Position numbers and translations under genes: made by a program | Assembly (NCBI GenBank): GCA_029288615.1 | Contig: JARIGV010000003.1 | Span: 1,068 to 65,067 of the forward strand | DNA: 64,000 nucleotides | From: Candidatus Tayloriibacteriota bacterium | GTDB lineage: Bacteria; Patescibacteriota; Minisyncoccia; Phycocordibacterales; CAIRYW01 | Direction of reading: 5' to 3' | Shown: piece by piece, positions 1 through 9,917 of the stretch | Position numbering within the stretch: position 1 is the first letter of the stretch | Layout: the number at the start of each line of letters is the position of its first letter | Notes under the pieces: generated by a model | Databases searched by the model: none | What the model was told of the DNA's origin: nothing | The model's input: the letters and a program-made list of their open reading frames with translations, nothing else

Positions 1-1
1 A

Positions 2-631
2 GAAGCAAAGATCATCACATATCTCGACTCTGACATTCACGCTTCAGGACACGGAAACCGCGATGAGCTTAAGTGGATTCACAACCAGATCAACTACAAA
101 TTCTTTATCCCTCTTCACGGTAACCACTACATGCTCCGCCAACATGCTGAAATGGCTGAAAGTCTTGGTAAGGTTCCTAAAGAAAATATCGTGGTGCCTG
201 ACAATGGTTCTATTATCGAGATTTCTGCCGATGGTAAAAGCATTAATGTCCTCAAAGAAAAAGCTCCGTCAGCACCAGCTATGGTGGATGGATTCGCTGT
301 GGGAGACATGCAGGAAGTGGTGATCCGCGACCGACAGCTTCTTGCACAGGATGGAATGTTCGTCATCATTGCATCAGTCAATTCTCAAACAGGAAAACTC
401 AAAAAATCTCCTGATATTATTTCTCGAGGTTTTGTCTATCTTCGAGAGAATCAGGAGCTTCTTCGACAAGCGCGCATCATCATCAAGAAAACAATTGAAG
501 ATAATGCTCAAGGACAGCATCCAATCAACTTCGAATATCTAAAGACTGTTGTGACAGACCAGGTCGCGCGTTTCCTCTTCCAGAAAACTGCAAAAAGACC
601 AATCGTTATTCCGGTACTTCTTGGAGTCTAA
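2..631 (+). CDS. rnj: Ribonuclease J, C-terminal part (5' end lies outside the window)
   Basis: In-frame translation from position 2 gives ...DIHASGHGNRDELKWIHNQINYKFFIPLHGNHYMLRQHAEMAE... and continues through the 166-aa track ORF. The HASGH / IPLHGE-like metallo-beta-lactamase/RNase J C-terminal motifs are recognisable. Stop at 629-631. Confidence 0.75.
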   Translation, partial: EAKIITYLDSDIHASGHGNRDELKWIHNQINYKFFIPLHGNHYMLRQHAEMAESLGKVPKENIVVPDNGSIIEISADGKSINVLKEKAPSAPAMVDGFAVGDMQEVVIRDRQLLAQDGMFVIIASVNSQTGKLKKSPDIISRGFVYLRENQELLRQARIIIKKTIEDNAQGQHPINFEYLKTVVTDQVARFLFQKTAKRPIVIPVLLGV

Positions 632-645
632 TAAAATCCAAAAAA

Positions 646-680
646 TGCCGCGCCTCTAAAAGAGGCGCGGCATTTTTTTT
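646..680 (+). terminator. Rho-independent terminator (12-bp GC-rich stem tgccgcgcctct/agaggcgcggca, 3-nt loop, T8 run)
   Basis: Perfect inverted repeat at 646-657 / 661-672 followed by tttttttt at 673-680, immediately downstream of the RNase J stop. Confidence 0.7.
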
Positions 681-706
681 GACAATTTCCTAAAAAACAC
701 TATCAT
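679..706 (+). promoter_or_regulatory. Putative sigma70-like promoter (ttgaca - 16 nt - tatcat)
   Basis: TTGACA at 679-684 and TATCAT at 701-706, upstream of the 716 ORF. Sequence pattern only. Confidence 0.3.
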
Positions 707-715
707 TCTCCGTTA

Positions 716-1006
716 ATGAATAGTTCTTCACCATCTCAAGTAGCACAAAAGACCTCTCAAAAGAAGTGGGAAAGCCCATTACCCGTCCTCGCGGGCGCGT
801 TTATTATGGCTTTCGGTCCTCTGGGCATATCCTTTTGCGTCGGTTACATTACGCACCCTGAGGAAAAATATAAGGTCCTCTGGACCATTGTAATTTTTTT
901 CCTCATACCACTCTTTTTCGCGTGGTTTATTAGGATGAGTTATTCGCCGAAAGGATCACCCGACTTCGAGGCATCTCCGCTCAAAGAAGAACCTTCGGGT
1001 CGCTAA
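716..1006 (+). CDS. Hypothetical small membrane protein (two predicted TM helices)
   Basis: 96-aa ORF with hydrophobic segments (LPVLAGAFIMAFGPLGISFCVGYI; IVIFFLIPLFFAWFI). No recognisable family. Confidence 0.4.
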   Translation: MNSSSPSQVAQKTSQKKWESPLPVLAGAFIMAFGPLGISFCVGYITHPEEKYKVLWTIVIFFLIPLFFAWFIRMSYSPKGSPDFEASPLKEEPSGR

Positions 1007-1114
1007 TTGGCCCAAATAGTCTGCATCACCATCCGCCTCACAGCGGGTAATTTTTTTATAAAAGTTTTCTCAATTTTTTGCATTTTTTTATACTGGACAT
1101 GATAAAATTATTTC

Positions 1115-2299
1115 ATGTACACATTACTACGAAAATCAAAATTCCGTCCTGGAAAATATCGTCACATTTTTGTCGCCGCACTTTTCCTCTCTTTTCATTA
1201 TTATCTTGTTACCTACATCAACTCCACATTCCTCAAAGGCATTGTGAGTGAAAATATCATCGGACTTCTCTACGCGATCGGTTCTACGATCACCATCGCA
1301 GTATTTCTTACTATCGCTCCAGCAATTAAAAAATGGGGTCTCTATCGATTTGTTTTCACGCTTTCTCTCGTTGAGATCGCCGCGCTTCTTACCTTAGCTC
1401 TTTCCCACTCGCCTCTTCTTATTCTTTTGGCTTTTATCGTCCACGACGCCAACAATCCAGTCCTTCTCGCTTCTCTTGATGTTTATCTCGAAGATAATTC
1501 AGACATTTCACAGATCGGCAGACTCCGCGGTACATTTCTTACCATTCTTTCTGTTGCTGCTGTTATTTCACCGCTTGCGATTGGCTCTCTCGTCGATGAT
1601 GGAACTTTCACGCCAATCTACATGTTCTCAGCCTTCTTCGCATTCCTTTTTCTTCTTTCTGTCATTCTTAATTTCAAACGTCATGCTGATGGTGAGTTTC
1701 GTGAAATCAAAGTATTCAAAGAGCTTCGAGAATTTTGGAAAGATAAAAACATCAGACATATCGGCATGTGCTCTGCCATCCTACAATTTTTCTATTCATG
1801 GCTTGTTATCTACGTGCCAATTTATCTTGCCTTCAATATGGGATTCTCATGGGCAAATACTGCTCTCATCATAAGCATTTCACTCATTCCTTTTCTTCTT
1901 TTTGAAATCCCTGTTGGACAAAGTGCTGATGGAAATGGAAGTGAAAAACACCTCATCTCTTTAGGTTTCTTTCTTATGACAGTAGCACTCATTCTTTTCT
2001 CGTTCATACCAGCAGGATCTTTTTATGCATGGGCAGCGATTCTGTTTCTAGCACGAAGTGGTGCAAGTATTGTTGAACCAGCAAGTGATAGCTATTTCTT
2101 TAAAAAGAGCAAAGGTCGCGACGAACTTATCGGCATTTATCGCATCGCGAGCCCTGGTGCTTTCGTCGTTGGCTCTGTCTTTGGAAGCATACTTCTCACA
2201 TTTATCCCTCTAGGAAATATTTTCCCAATCCTTGCATCGGTCACCTTTTCAGGTTTTCTTATTTCAAAACTTTTAAAAAATAATACGGTTTCGCTTTAG
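1115..2299 (+). CDS. Polytopic membrane transporter, MFS-like (about 12 TM)
   Basis: 394-aa ORF with about 12 hydrophobic helices arranged in two halves and short loops, as in major-facilitator transporters. No substrate can be inferred. Confidence 0.55.
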   Translation: MYTLLRKSKFRPGKYRHIFVAALFLSFHYYLVTYINSTFLKGIVSENIIGLLYAIGSTITIAVFLTIAPAIKKWGLYRFVFTLSLVEIAALLTLALSHSPLLILLAFIVHDANNPVLLASLDVYLEDNSDISQIGRLRGTFLTILSVAAVISPLAIGSLVDDGTFTPIYMFSAFFAFLFLLSVILNFKRHADGEFREIKVFKELREFWKDKNIRHIGMCSAILQFFYSWLVIYVPIYLAFNMGFSWANTALIISISLIPFLLFEIPVGQSADGNGSEKHLISLGFFLMTVALILFSFIPAGSFYAWAAILFLARSGASIVEPASDSYFFKKSKGRDELIGIYRIASPGAFVVGSVFGSILLTFIPLGNIFPILASVTFSGFLISKLLKNNTVSL

Positions 2300-3165
2300 C
2301 CAGTATTTTCTTTGAGACATGCATTGAATGTGTTTGTCTCGTTATTATATCGTGCAATAACATCCTGCATCTGCGACACAAGAGAGTTGTAGGAATTTAC
2401 GAGAGAATTGTAGGATGCGGCGAGAGAATTGTATGTTTGCTTATCAGTTGTCGCATCTATTTTTGCTTTAAGCGTATCAAGCTCACTTTTCATTGAAAGA
2501 ATTTGTTTTGTGCCATTTGCCGCTTCTGTCGCTAATGTCGAATCTGGTTTATCACAGAGACTTCCTGGTGTGCCAAATTCTTGAACAGCGACCCATTCGT
2601 TCTGACCATTGTAAGATCCATACACAACTGCAACACCGATCTCTTTATAATGGCTTCCTAAGATATTTGCGCGGTGTCCAGGGCTTGCCATCCATGCAGC
2701 CACAAGGTCTGCATCATCTTTAAATCCACCGAGTGCTAGATTCTCGCCGATCGAAAGATAATCATAGCCAACACTTTGTGCGAGTTCTGCAGGACCAACT
2801 CCACTAGGTGAAACATGAGCAAAATATCCTTTGGCAAGAATATCCATGGCCTTTTTTTCTGCAGATAAACTAAGCTTTGCATTAAGCGAAAGATCACCAA
2901 GACTCTCCTTTTCTCTTTCTTTGTTTGTAAGCATCACCACACCACTTACAGTAAGGGCGCTGTTTTTATTCGCAGGGCTTCCTGTCGCAACAAGAGGTTC
3001 TGGAAGTGACACTTTGGGTGCAGTACTTGTACTTGAATTCTCTGATGCAATCTGGATTCCGGTCTCTGCCTGGAACGAAGAAATATCCTCAGCGATCTGA
3101 TCCCTAAAATAATAAACGACCGCTGTGGCAAGAATAAGAAGCACGAGCGATCGTATGAATTTCAT
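2296..3165 (-). CDS. Secreted CAP/SCP/PR-1-like domain protein (YkwD-like) with N-terminal anchor and coiled coil
   Basis: C-terminal region GYFAHVSPSGVGPAELAQSVGYDY...GENLALGG...AWMASPGHRANIL matches CAP-domain signature regions (HxSP...GEN...SxGH.xNIL). N-terminal hydrophobic helix. Confidence 0.65.
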   Translation of the reverse strand: MKFIRSLVLLILATAVVYYFRDQIAEDISSFQAETGIQIASENSSTSTAPKVSLPEPLVATGSPANKNSALTVSGVVMLTNKEREKESLGDLSLNAKLSLSAEKKAMDILAKGYFAHVSPSGVGPAELAQSVGYDYLSIGENLALGGFKDDADLVAAWMASPGHRANILGSHYKEIGVAVVYGSYNGQNEWVAVQEFGTPGSLCDKPDSTLATEAANGTKQILSMKSELDTLKAKIDATTDKQTYNSLAASYNSLVNSYNSLVSQMQDVIARYNNETNTFNACLKENTG

Positions 3166-3174
3166 AGAAGAATA

Positions 3175-3552
3175 TTATTTCTTTGAGGCCTTCTTTGGAG
3201 TTTTCTTTATTTTCTTTTCAGTAGTTACAATATGCTTTTTGATATTCTTCCAGTGTGCAAGCATTTCTTTTTTTACCGCATTGATAGCAGGAGCATGATC
3301 TTCAGCGACTTCATGATATTTCTCAGTCACTTTCTCAACGATATCCTTGTATGCATCGGCATCTAGATTCTTAATCTTCTTTGCGCGTGCAACAACCTCT
3401 CTTTTTGCTTTTACTGCGACATCAGCAATTTTCTTTCCTGTTTTCTTTCCTTCGTCAGTTGCGAAAAAATAATACGCCGCTGCTGCTGCCGCTCCCGCAA
3501 GAACAGCTGGTCCTACATTCGATCCGTGCTTCTGTTTCTTTGATGCTTTCAT
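3175..3552 (-). CDS. YtxH-like small protein (lysine-rich, Ala-rich amphipathic N-terminus)
   Basis: GPAVLAGAAAAAAYYFFATDEGKKTGKK resembles the YtxH/DUF948 N-terminal motif. Highly basic. Confidence 0.45.
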   Translation of the reverse strand: MKASKKQKHGSNVGPAVLAGAAAAAAYYFFATDEGKKTGKKIADVAVKAKREVVARAKKIKNLDADAYKDIVEKVTEKYHEVAEDHAPAINAVKKEMLAHWKNIKKHIVTTEKKIKKTPKKASKK

Positions 3553-3570
3553 GTTATTTAAATAAAATTA

Positions 3571-3849
3571 TTAATCTTCCTTTCTCTTTCTTCTCACAGC
3601 TTTTTGCGCCAAAAAAGAGAAAATGAGAGCAAGCATACTATTGCTTTTCTCTTTGAGAGCCATTCGTGTTTCTCTCACATCACTTAAAATTTCCTGACCC
3701 TCTTCCTTTGCTTTTTCTACCAGAACTTTAAGGTCGCGAAAGATCTTGATGCCATAAATAAGCGCTACTGCAGCAAGGATTGTAACCACAACAACACAGA
3801 TTGTTGTGACAAAAAAGAAAATATCTGATTTGAGAAGTGAATTTTCCAT
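3571..3849 (-). CDS. Hypothetical small membrane protein
   Basis: 92 aa, one strong TM segment (IFFFVTTICVVVVTILAAVALIYGI), charged C-terminal tail. Confidence 0.4.
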   Translation of the reverse strand: MENSLLKSDIFFFVTTICVVVVTILAAVALIYGIKIFRDLKVLVEKAKEEGQEILSDVRETRMALKEKSNSMLALIFSFLAQKAVRRKRKED

Positions 3850-3862
3850 AACTTAAGTATAC

Positions 3863-4357
3863 CTAATTGTTAACATCGACGGAAGAACTGTCTCGAAAAA
3901 AGATCGGCACTTTAATCATTGGCACATTACCAAGTCCTGATGGGTCATCTTTTGTAAGAACAATAAATCCTCTATTATCTGTCGTATCTTGCCATGTAAT
4001 ATCTGCGGAGAAATCGATCATACCTGGCACTGTCCAATCAGTTGCTGCATGTGCTTGCCCTTGACCTAACACCACTCCATCTTCATCAATAACTTCCACC
4101 GGAAATGTTGCCTCGAAAAACCAATTATTTTTTGCCTTTCCTGTGACATGTACTGGATTTGAAATCGTTGAGAGTGGAATAGGGGTTGCGACGCTAATTG
4201 TCTTCGCTACTTTGCTTTCAATACCACCACTTGCAATGGCCACAGATGTCCCTGCGACGATTCCATCCGCTGTCTTCCAGATACCTAAGGATGCAAGACC
4301 GGCGCAAAGCGCGATGATTGCGAGATATATATAATCTTTTGTAGTTTCTTTGGGCAT
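3863..4357 (-). CDS. Membrane-anchored Gmad2 immunoglobulin-like domain protein
   Basis: N-terminal TM anchor, then WFFEATFPVEVIDEDGVVLGQG...GFIVLTKDDPSG, typical of the Gmad2/GerMN Ig-like domain. Confidence 0.5.
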   Translation of the reverse strand: MPKETTKDYIYLAIIALCAGLASLGIWKTADGIVAGTSVAIASGGIESKVAKTISVATPIPLSTISNPVHVTGKAKNNWFFEATFPVEVIDEDGVVLGQGQAHAATDWTVPGMIDFSADITWQDTTDNRGFIVLTKDDPSGLGNVPMIKVPIFFRDSSSVDVNN

Positions 4358-4366
4358 ATATGTATT

Positions 4367-4729
4367 TTACATTTTTCTTTCAAACATAGCATTCAAAGTG
4401 ACAAAGACAATACCGAGGATAAGTGTCCCACTTAGATCCGTGATCGATATATAAGAAGAATTTCCGAATGAAATGTTTGATAAAAGAACAGCCTGAATGA
4501 TTGCGGCAAAAAGAAACACAAGCCCATTGAGATGTAAAACCGTATTTCCTTTCGTTGGTTTTATAAAGGCTGTGAGAAGAAAGCTAATTCCACTCAACGC
4601 AAAAAGCAGTGTTTCAAAGCCGCTTTGCAAAGCTATACCATACACCCCAACAAAGGGGTTCTCTGTAAGAGACGCTACAGCAATACCAAGTGTGACAAGG
4701 CCAAAAGCTATAAGTGTATTTCTATGCAT
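4367..4729 (-). CDS. Hypothetical integral membrane protein (4 TM)
   Basis: 120 aa, four hydrophobic helices. No family recognised. Confidence 0.4.
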   Translation of the reverse strand: MHRNTLIAFGLVTLGIAVASLTENPFVGVYGIALQSGFETLLFALSGISFLLTAFIKPTKGNTVLHLNGLVFLFAAIIQAVLLSNISFGNSSYISITDLSGTLILGIVFVTLNAMFERKM

Positions 4730-4736
4730 GAGCTAA

Positions 4737-5501
4737 TTATTGGAGTACAAAGGAAGCTTTGACAGTCACCATGATGTCTTTGTTCACACTTTGTGTGTCG
4801 TATGATCCATAGTCTGATACATCGACAGAATTTGGTGCTGTTACTTGTACCACTCCAGATGACGCTGACTTAAGCGCACCTACCTTTTTGCCAGAACTTT
4901 CCGCAAGCTTCTCTGCTCTTGCCTTTGCATCTTTGATCGCATCCGAAAGAAGTGATACTCGAAGGTCAGGAAGTTTTGAATAATAGTATTCGAGACTATT
5001 TGTAGAAATGAGCACGCCTTTTCCAGCAAGTGATGCTGCCCCATTTGCAGTTGCAGTCACTTGATCTGTACTGCTTGATGAAAGAGAAATATTTTGAACA
5101 AGATTATATTGCTTCTCAGAATTATAATTTTGATTGTTGTAGCTGTAGTCTTCATTCATGAAAACTGGTGAGATTGTATAGTCGTTTTTTGAAAACCCTT
5201 GTGAGGTCATATACACATCAACAGCGGCAGCATCTTTTGCAATCGCTCCATATCCGTCTTTTAGCGTACTCGCCTTTACCGTGCGAGTAATAGAAGCATT
5301 CCATTTTGCCATATCAGCAACAACAGAAGTTTTTGCAGAGCCAGTCACTGTGACATTGTTATCAAATGATCGGATCTTGTAGAAAGTAATCGCACCGATA
5401 ATAGTCGAGAGAATGAGTGCTGCTCCGACAATAAGTGATGGAAAAATAAAGCGGGTGTCGTTCATGTTATGAATTATACTTCTCTTTAATTTTAGCAACA
5501 A
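4737..5501 (-). CDS. Secreted SIMPL/DUF541-like protein (tentative)
   Basis: N-terminal TM/signal, then ...VTVTGSAKTSVVAD...VQVTAPNSVDVSD..., reminiscent of SIMPL-domain periplasmic proteins. Weak recognition. Confidence 0.35.
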   Translation of the reverse strand: MLLKLKRSIIHNMNDTRFIFPSLIVGAALILSTIIGAITFYKIRSFDNNVTVTGSAKTSVVADMAKWNASITRTVKASTLKDGYGAIAKDAAAVDVYMTSQGFSKNDYTISPVFMNEDYSYNNQNYNSEKQYNLVQNISLSSSSTDQVTATANGAASLAGKGVLISTNSLEYYYSKLPDLRVSLLSDAIKDAKARAEKLAESSGKKVGALKSASSGVVQVTAPNSVDVSDYGSYDTQSVNKDIMVTVKASFVLQ

Positions 5502-6000
5502 TCTCCTCCACTACTTCCTCCAATTTTTTATCACCCGTATTAATAGTTAAATCAAAAGAATTTCCATTTTCAAGATCGGTAATGTTGTAGTAATTTGCAA
5601 ATCGTTCGTAAATGGCATCTTCTCGAGCTCGTGTTTCGCGACGAACTTGCTCGACATCTTTCCCTTCTCTTAATGCTATACGTTCTGTACGAAGATTAAA
5701 ATCACAGATAAATCTGATCTTAAAAGAATCTGGAATAAAGTGCCATGCAAGCCGAGCCTCCACAACAAAGTTGTCATTATTTTTCCCAAATTCTTCTGTG
5801 ATTTTATCTCTTTCTCTGTCGTACTTATCATCTGTCTTTGAGAGCTGCTCAAGTTCATCGATTGTCATACCAAATTTTGCCGCAGTCTCTCTCGCAAAAT
5901 TGCCCGCTGAATAAAATTTATAGCCAAGTTTTTCTGCCACTGCTTTTCCTGCACTTGTCTTTCCTGTTCCTGCCATTCCGAAAATAGTTATTTTTGCCAT
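5467..6000 (-). CDS. Cytidylate kinase-like (archaeal-type CMP kinase / AAA) family protein
   Basis: P-loop GMAGTGKTS at the N-terminus; 177 aa; overall similarity to short (d)CMP kinase family proteins. Overlaps the upstream gene by 35 nt. Confidence 0.6.
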   Translation of the reverse strand: MAKITIFGMAGTGKTSAGKAVAEKLGYKFYSAGNFARETAAKFGMTIDELEQLSKTDDKYDRERDKITEEFGKNNDNFVVEARLAWHFIPDSFKIRFICDFNLRTERIALREGKDVEQVRRETRAREDAIYERFANYYNITDLENGNSFDLTINTGDKKLEEVVEEIVAKIKEKYNS

Positions 6001-6023
6001 ATGAATATTTTACAACTTTAATC

Positions 6024-7787
6024 TTATTTTATGAATCCCTTGTACTGATGATTCCAGAAATTAAAATAAATTCCCTTAAGCGCAAGAAGCGTCTTGTGGT
6101 CTCCTTCCTCCACAATTTGGCCTTTCTCCATCACAATAATACGGTCCATCTTCTCGATCGTTGAAAGCCTGTGCGCAATGACAATAGTTGTTTTTCCATG
6201 CATGAGAGCTGTAAGAGCTTCTTTAATGTGAGTTTCAGAAACACTATCGAGTGCGCTCGTCGCTTCATCGAGAATAAGAATTGGCGCATTTTTAAGAATT
6301 GCGCGAGCGATCGCAACACGCTGTCTTTCTCCACCAGAAAGCTTCACGCCACGCTCACCCACCAGTGTCTCATATCCATGTGAAAGGTTTTCAATGAATT
6401 CATGTGCATGCGCTTGTTTTGCAGCTTCTATAATTTCCTCTTCTGTCGCATCAGGTTTTCCGTAGGCAATATTTTCGCGAAGGGTTCGATGAAAAAGAAT
6501 TGGATCCTGTGGCACATAAGAAATAGTCGAACGAAGATCGTCTTGTGTGATCTTTCGAATGTCTTGTCCATCGATTGTAATCGCACCTCCTGTTACATCA
6601 GCAAAACGAAGAAGAAGTTTTGTAATGGTCGTCTTTCCCGCACCAGATGTACCCACAACACCGATCTTTTCTCCCGGTGCGACATAGAGATTAAAATCTG
6701 TAAGCACTTCTTTGCTATTTTTATAAGAGAAACCAACATGATCAAAAACAATCTCTCCAGCTTTTATTTTTAATGTCTCTGGATGTCTCGGATCGGTAAT
6801 CTCAATGTCTTTCTCGATGATATGAGCAAAGTCTGTAGCATTGGTGTATGCATCGCTAAATTGTCTAAATGAACGGCCAAGTCCGCTCAAACGATTAAAA
6901 AGCGTGTTGCTGTAAGACATCACAAGCACAATGGTACCTGCTGTTGTCATACCCTTGCTCCAGAGAAAAATACTTACAAAAACAAGAGAGCTTTGTGCAA
7001 GAAGTGTGATGGCACCGTTTATTGAGAAAGAGTTATTGGCAACAGTCCATGAGCGTGATCGGGCCACTCTTTCTTCTTCAAGTACTTCATCAAAATATTT
7101 TCCTTCTCTTGTTTTTGAAGAAAATAATTTTAGATTAAGAATATTTGTAATGACATCAGAAAGCACACCGGTAGTTCGTGCTTCTTTTTCTCCTCGTTCT
7201 CGTTCAAGTGGGATTCGTTTTTTTGTCCTGACGAGAATTGCGTACGCAAGGAGAACAAACCACCCAAAAGCGACAAAGCCAAGCGTTGCAGATGTTCTAA
7301 ATAACACAAAAAGAATACCAAGAATGTTGATGACAGCATAGAGAAAATCCTCAAAGAAAAGCGCAGACATTGTTTCAAACGCAGAAGAGAACCTTCGCGC
7401 TTTCGTTACAAGTGATCCTGCAAAATTGTCTGTGAAAAATTGATATGAATGCCGCGACAGATGATTGAGTGCATAGGATGCAATTCTTGCTTCTCCTTTC
7501 GAGGTTGCCGTCGATTCAATATATTCGTATGTACGTGAAAAGAAATACTGAAGCACGTTCACTCCAAGCAAAAGATAGAAAAAGTAATAGATACGGGAAT
7601 AATTCTCCGGCGAAGCCAAAGAATCAATAATGCCTTTGTAGTAGAGCGGCGAAAGAATACCGCCAAAGAAAGCCCCCAAGCTGTAGAAAATACCAGCGAT
7701 AAGAAACATCCAGATGGATTTACCCAAAGCAGCTTTGTAGTGCACCCAAATACTTTTTTGGGTTGTTTTTTCTTGTTCTCGAGCCAT
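6024..7787 (-). CDS. ABC transporter, fused permease/ATP-binding protein (MsbA-like exporter)
   Basis: Six N-terminal TM helices; Walker A GTSGAGKTT, signature LSGGERQRVAIARAI, Walker B ILILDEATSALD, H-loop AHRLST. Confidence 0.85.
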   Translation of the reverse strand: MAREQEKTTQKSIWVHYKAALGKSIWMFLIAGIFYSLGAFFGGILSPLYYKGIIDSLASPENYSRIYYFFYLLLGVNVLQYFFSRTYEYIESTATSKGEARIASYALNHLSRHSYQFFTDNFAGSLVTKARRFSSAFETMSALFFEDFLYAVINILGILFVLFRTSATLGFVAFGWFVLLAYAILVRTKKRIPLERERGEKEARTTGVLSDVITNILNLKLFSSKTREGKYFDEVLEEERVARSRSWTVANNSFSINGAITLLAQSSLVFVSIFLWSKGMTTAGTIVLVMSYSNTLFNRLSGLGRSFRQFSDAYTNATDFAHIIEKDIEITDPRHPETLKIKAGEIVFDHVGFSYKNSKEVLTDFNLYVAPGEKIGVVGTSGAGKTTITKLLLRFADVTGGAITIDGQDIRKITQDDLRSTISYVPQDPILFHRTLRENIAYGKPDATEEEIIEAAKQAHAHEFIENLSHGYETLVGERGVKLSGGERQRVAIARAILKNAPILILDEATSALDSVSETHIKEALTALMHGKTTIVIAHRLSTIEKMDRIIVMEKGQIVEEGDHKTLLALKGIYFNFWNHQYKGFIK

Positions 7788-7817
7788 AAGTGGCTCTATT
7801 TTAGCATAGTCGAGCTT

Positions 7818-8783
7818 TTAAGAAATGAGCTTCTTAAACTCCTCTACCATTGGTACTTCATTGCTTTCTGCACCGTAGACTGCCGCCGTGTAAAAAGCCG
7901 TCCAATCAGCAAGGATAAGTGAATTGAAAATCTTTTCTGCAAATGTGCTTCCTGAAAGCGAAAGTGAAATTGTTTTTATGCCGCGATCCTCGTAGAGTCT
8001 TTCTGTTGTATCCATTCTCTTTTTGATTTGAGAATGGTCATCGTTATCATGAATAAAGATCACAATGAAATTTTTCGAAAGCTCTGCACTATGCACTGTG
8101 ACATCAAAACCAGTCATCTCATTGTGATTGAGTTCGGGGAAAACATTGTAGAAAGCAGGAATCTTTCCTGTTTCGTTGAATTTTATTTTCCAGTTGTATG
8201 CCACTCCAAAGTTTTTTCTCGACGTATAAATGATTGGTACATTCCCTTTTATATGCTCCGCCAATTCCTTTCCTTGCTTCTCAAGATTTGAAGACTCAAT
8301 ATTTCCTTTAAGATTTTCGATCTCAGAAAGAAGCTTTTCATCTTTGAGAAGATGCGCAAGAGCAACCACAGAAAATCCAAGGGCAGACCTTGGCTGAATC
8401 TTTGTATCAGGAATTTGAATGTAAGGAAGTTTTTTCTCTTTTGCTGTTTCAAGAAGTTTGCCACCAACAGAAATAACTACGCAGTTTAGTTTCTTCTCAA
8501 GCGCTTCAGTTAGCCCCGCTACTACTTCCTCAGTATTTCCTGAATATGAACTTGCGATTACCAATGAGTCTTTGAGAAATTCATCAGACACTTTCGGCAG
8601 ACCATAGTCTTCAAAAATTGTAATATCAAGTTCAGGTGAAATATTTTTTGCCACATCTGCAGCCAAATGTGACCCTCCCATACCAAGAAGCAAAATATGC
8701 TTAAAAGATTTGAGATTTTCCTTATTAACTATTTCCGGTACAAAATCGAACTGCTTACCAAAATTTTTTATCGCTTCATCCAT
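7818..8783 (-). CDS. pgi: Bifunctional phosphoglucose/phosphomannose isomerase (SIS-domain, archaeal-type PGI/PMI)
   Basis: 321 aa; SIS-domain signature LLLGMGGSHLAADVAK and a second SIS-like half. Length and architecture match the PGI/PMI family. Confidence 0.6.
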   Translation of the reverse strand: MDEAIKNFGKQFDFVPEIVNKENLKSFKHILLLGMGGSHLAADVAKNISPELDITIFEDYGLPKVSDEFLKDSLVIASSYSGNTEEVVAGLTEALEKKLNCVVISVGGKLLETAKEKKLPYIQIPDTKIQPRSALGFSVVALAHLLKDEKLLSEIENLKGNIESSNLEKQGKELAEHIKGNVPIIYTSRKNFGVAYNWKIKFNETGKIPAFYNVFPELNHNEMTGFDVTVHSAELSKNFIVIFIHDNDDHSQIKKRMDTTERLYEDRGIKTISLSLSGSTFAEKIFNSLILADWTAFYTAAVYGAESNEVPMVEEFKKLIS

Positions 8784-8796
8784 AGTTTTATTTTAC

Positions 8797-9438
8797 TCAA
8801 TTATTATTGCTCATAAGTATAGCTCTTGCAGGTGCTCCATCTATACCACTAAATTTAAGTGGCACACATGAAAGAAAATACTCACCTTCAGACACATCTT
8901 TAAGATTTAATCCTTCGACAATTGGGATTTTTTTTGAAAGAAGCGCGATGTGAGGTCTGTTATCCTTGCTTCCTCGCTGCTTCACGGAAATATAATCAAT
9001 TCCAAAAAGCGCTACACCAATTTCTGCTAAGTATTCTGCCCCATCACCTGACAGATATATGTAATCGGGTCGAAAGCTCTCAAAGCCCATATTACTATTC
9101 TTTGTCTTTGCCAAAACCCTTTCGCCTTTCTGAATATTTTTGCTTTCAAGTGAAGCCCTTGTTATCTCGACGTTCTCAAAGTCAAAATCCAACACACGGC
9201 ATGGCCCGACGAATGCTTCGAGCGGAAATACATCAATTTCACCTGCTCCTTCTATTGCATGCATCGGCGCATCGATATGTGTTCCTGAATGCGAACCCAT
9301 TGTGATTTTTGAAAGATGACTTGAATCGTCCGGGAGGTGTGCGTGATTTTCAATTGTTACGGGCACATTGCCTGGATAGACAATAGTGTCGTTTGTAAGC
9401 GGAAGTGATATATCTATAATCTTAGTTATTTTTTCCAT
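8797..9438 (-). CDS. Cyclase family protein (kynurenine formamidase-like metal-dependent hydrolase)
   Basis: Putative-cyclase motifs HSGTHIDAPMH near the N-terminus; 213 aa. Confidence 0.65.
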   Translation of the reverse strand: MEKITKIIDISLPLTNDTIVYPGNVPVTIENHAHLPDDSSHLSKITMGSHSGTHIDAPMHAIEGAGEIDVFPLEAFVGPCRVLDFDFENVEITRASLESKNIQKGERVLAKTKNSNMGFESFRPDYIYLSGDGAEYLAEIGVALFGIDYISVKQRGSKDNRPHIALLSKKIPIVEGLNLKDVSEGEYFLSCVPLKFSGIDGAPARAILMSNNN

Positions 9439-9859
9439 AAATTCTTTTTAGAATTTCTGCTTGAACATTACCTTCTTTCTCGAGCACAGAAATTGCTTCA
9501 GCGATTTCAAACCAATGCACTTCATCAAGGAGTTCGTCATCCATTGGAGTTTTTTCACATTCACCCACTTTCCGTACTAAAAAATAGCATGTGGTTTTGT
9601 TAATTTCTGTTTCGTCCGCCCTTTTAAAAGTAAAAATCATACCACCAAGATACTTCTCAATTTCTACAAGAAGCCCGAGCTCCTCACGAGCCCCTCTTTT
9701 AACAGCTTCTTCAAGTGTTTCATTGAGAGAAATTGTTTCCGAAGGGACTGTATATTTTTTCTGCTTTTTATGTATAAGAATAACTTTTGAATCATCCTTA
9801 ACGACGATTCCAACGGAAAGATGGTATGGGTTTTCCTTTGTTCCGATAATTTCTGCCAT
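9422..9859 (-). CDS. NUDIX hydrolase
   Basis: Nudix box NETLEEAVKRGAREELGL (GX5EX7REUXEEXGU-like); 145 aa. Confidence 0.7.
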   Translation of the reverse strand: MAEIIGTKENPYHLSVGIVVKDDSKVILIHKKQKKYTVPSETISLNETLEEAVKRGAREELGLLVEIEKYLGGMIFTFKRADETEINKTTCYFLVRKVGECEKTPMDDELLDEVHWFEIAEAISVLEKEGNVQAEILKRIYGKNN

Positions 9860-9917
9860 ATTTCTATTCTATCAGAAAGTTCACCCGGGAAACGAAATAC
9901 GCTATAGTGAGTGCCTT

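Noticed and set aside
1476-1874. Numerous 60-190-aa track ORFs lying antisense or out of frame inside clearly supported genes (for example 1476..1874, 2493..2723, 6171..6773, 8028..8467, 18679..19569, 20223..20775, 22046..22732, 24143..24533, 28110..28790, 35022..35482, 47136..47714, 54480..56976)
   Set aside because: They overlap well-supported CDS that have family-level motifs, have no motifs of their own, and are typical shadow ORFs (several arise in GC-richer segments). Not reported as features.
9591-9917. Upstream GTG-initiated extension of the HAD hydrolase ORF
   Set aside because: The extension overlaps the entire NUDIX gene on the opposite strand and lacks HAD motifs. The DxDxT motif begins right after the ATG at 9918.
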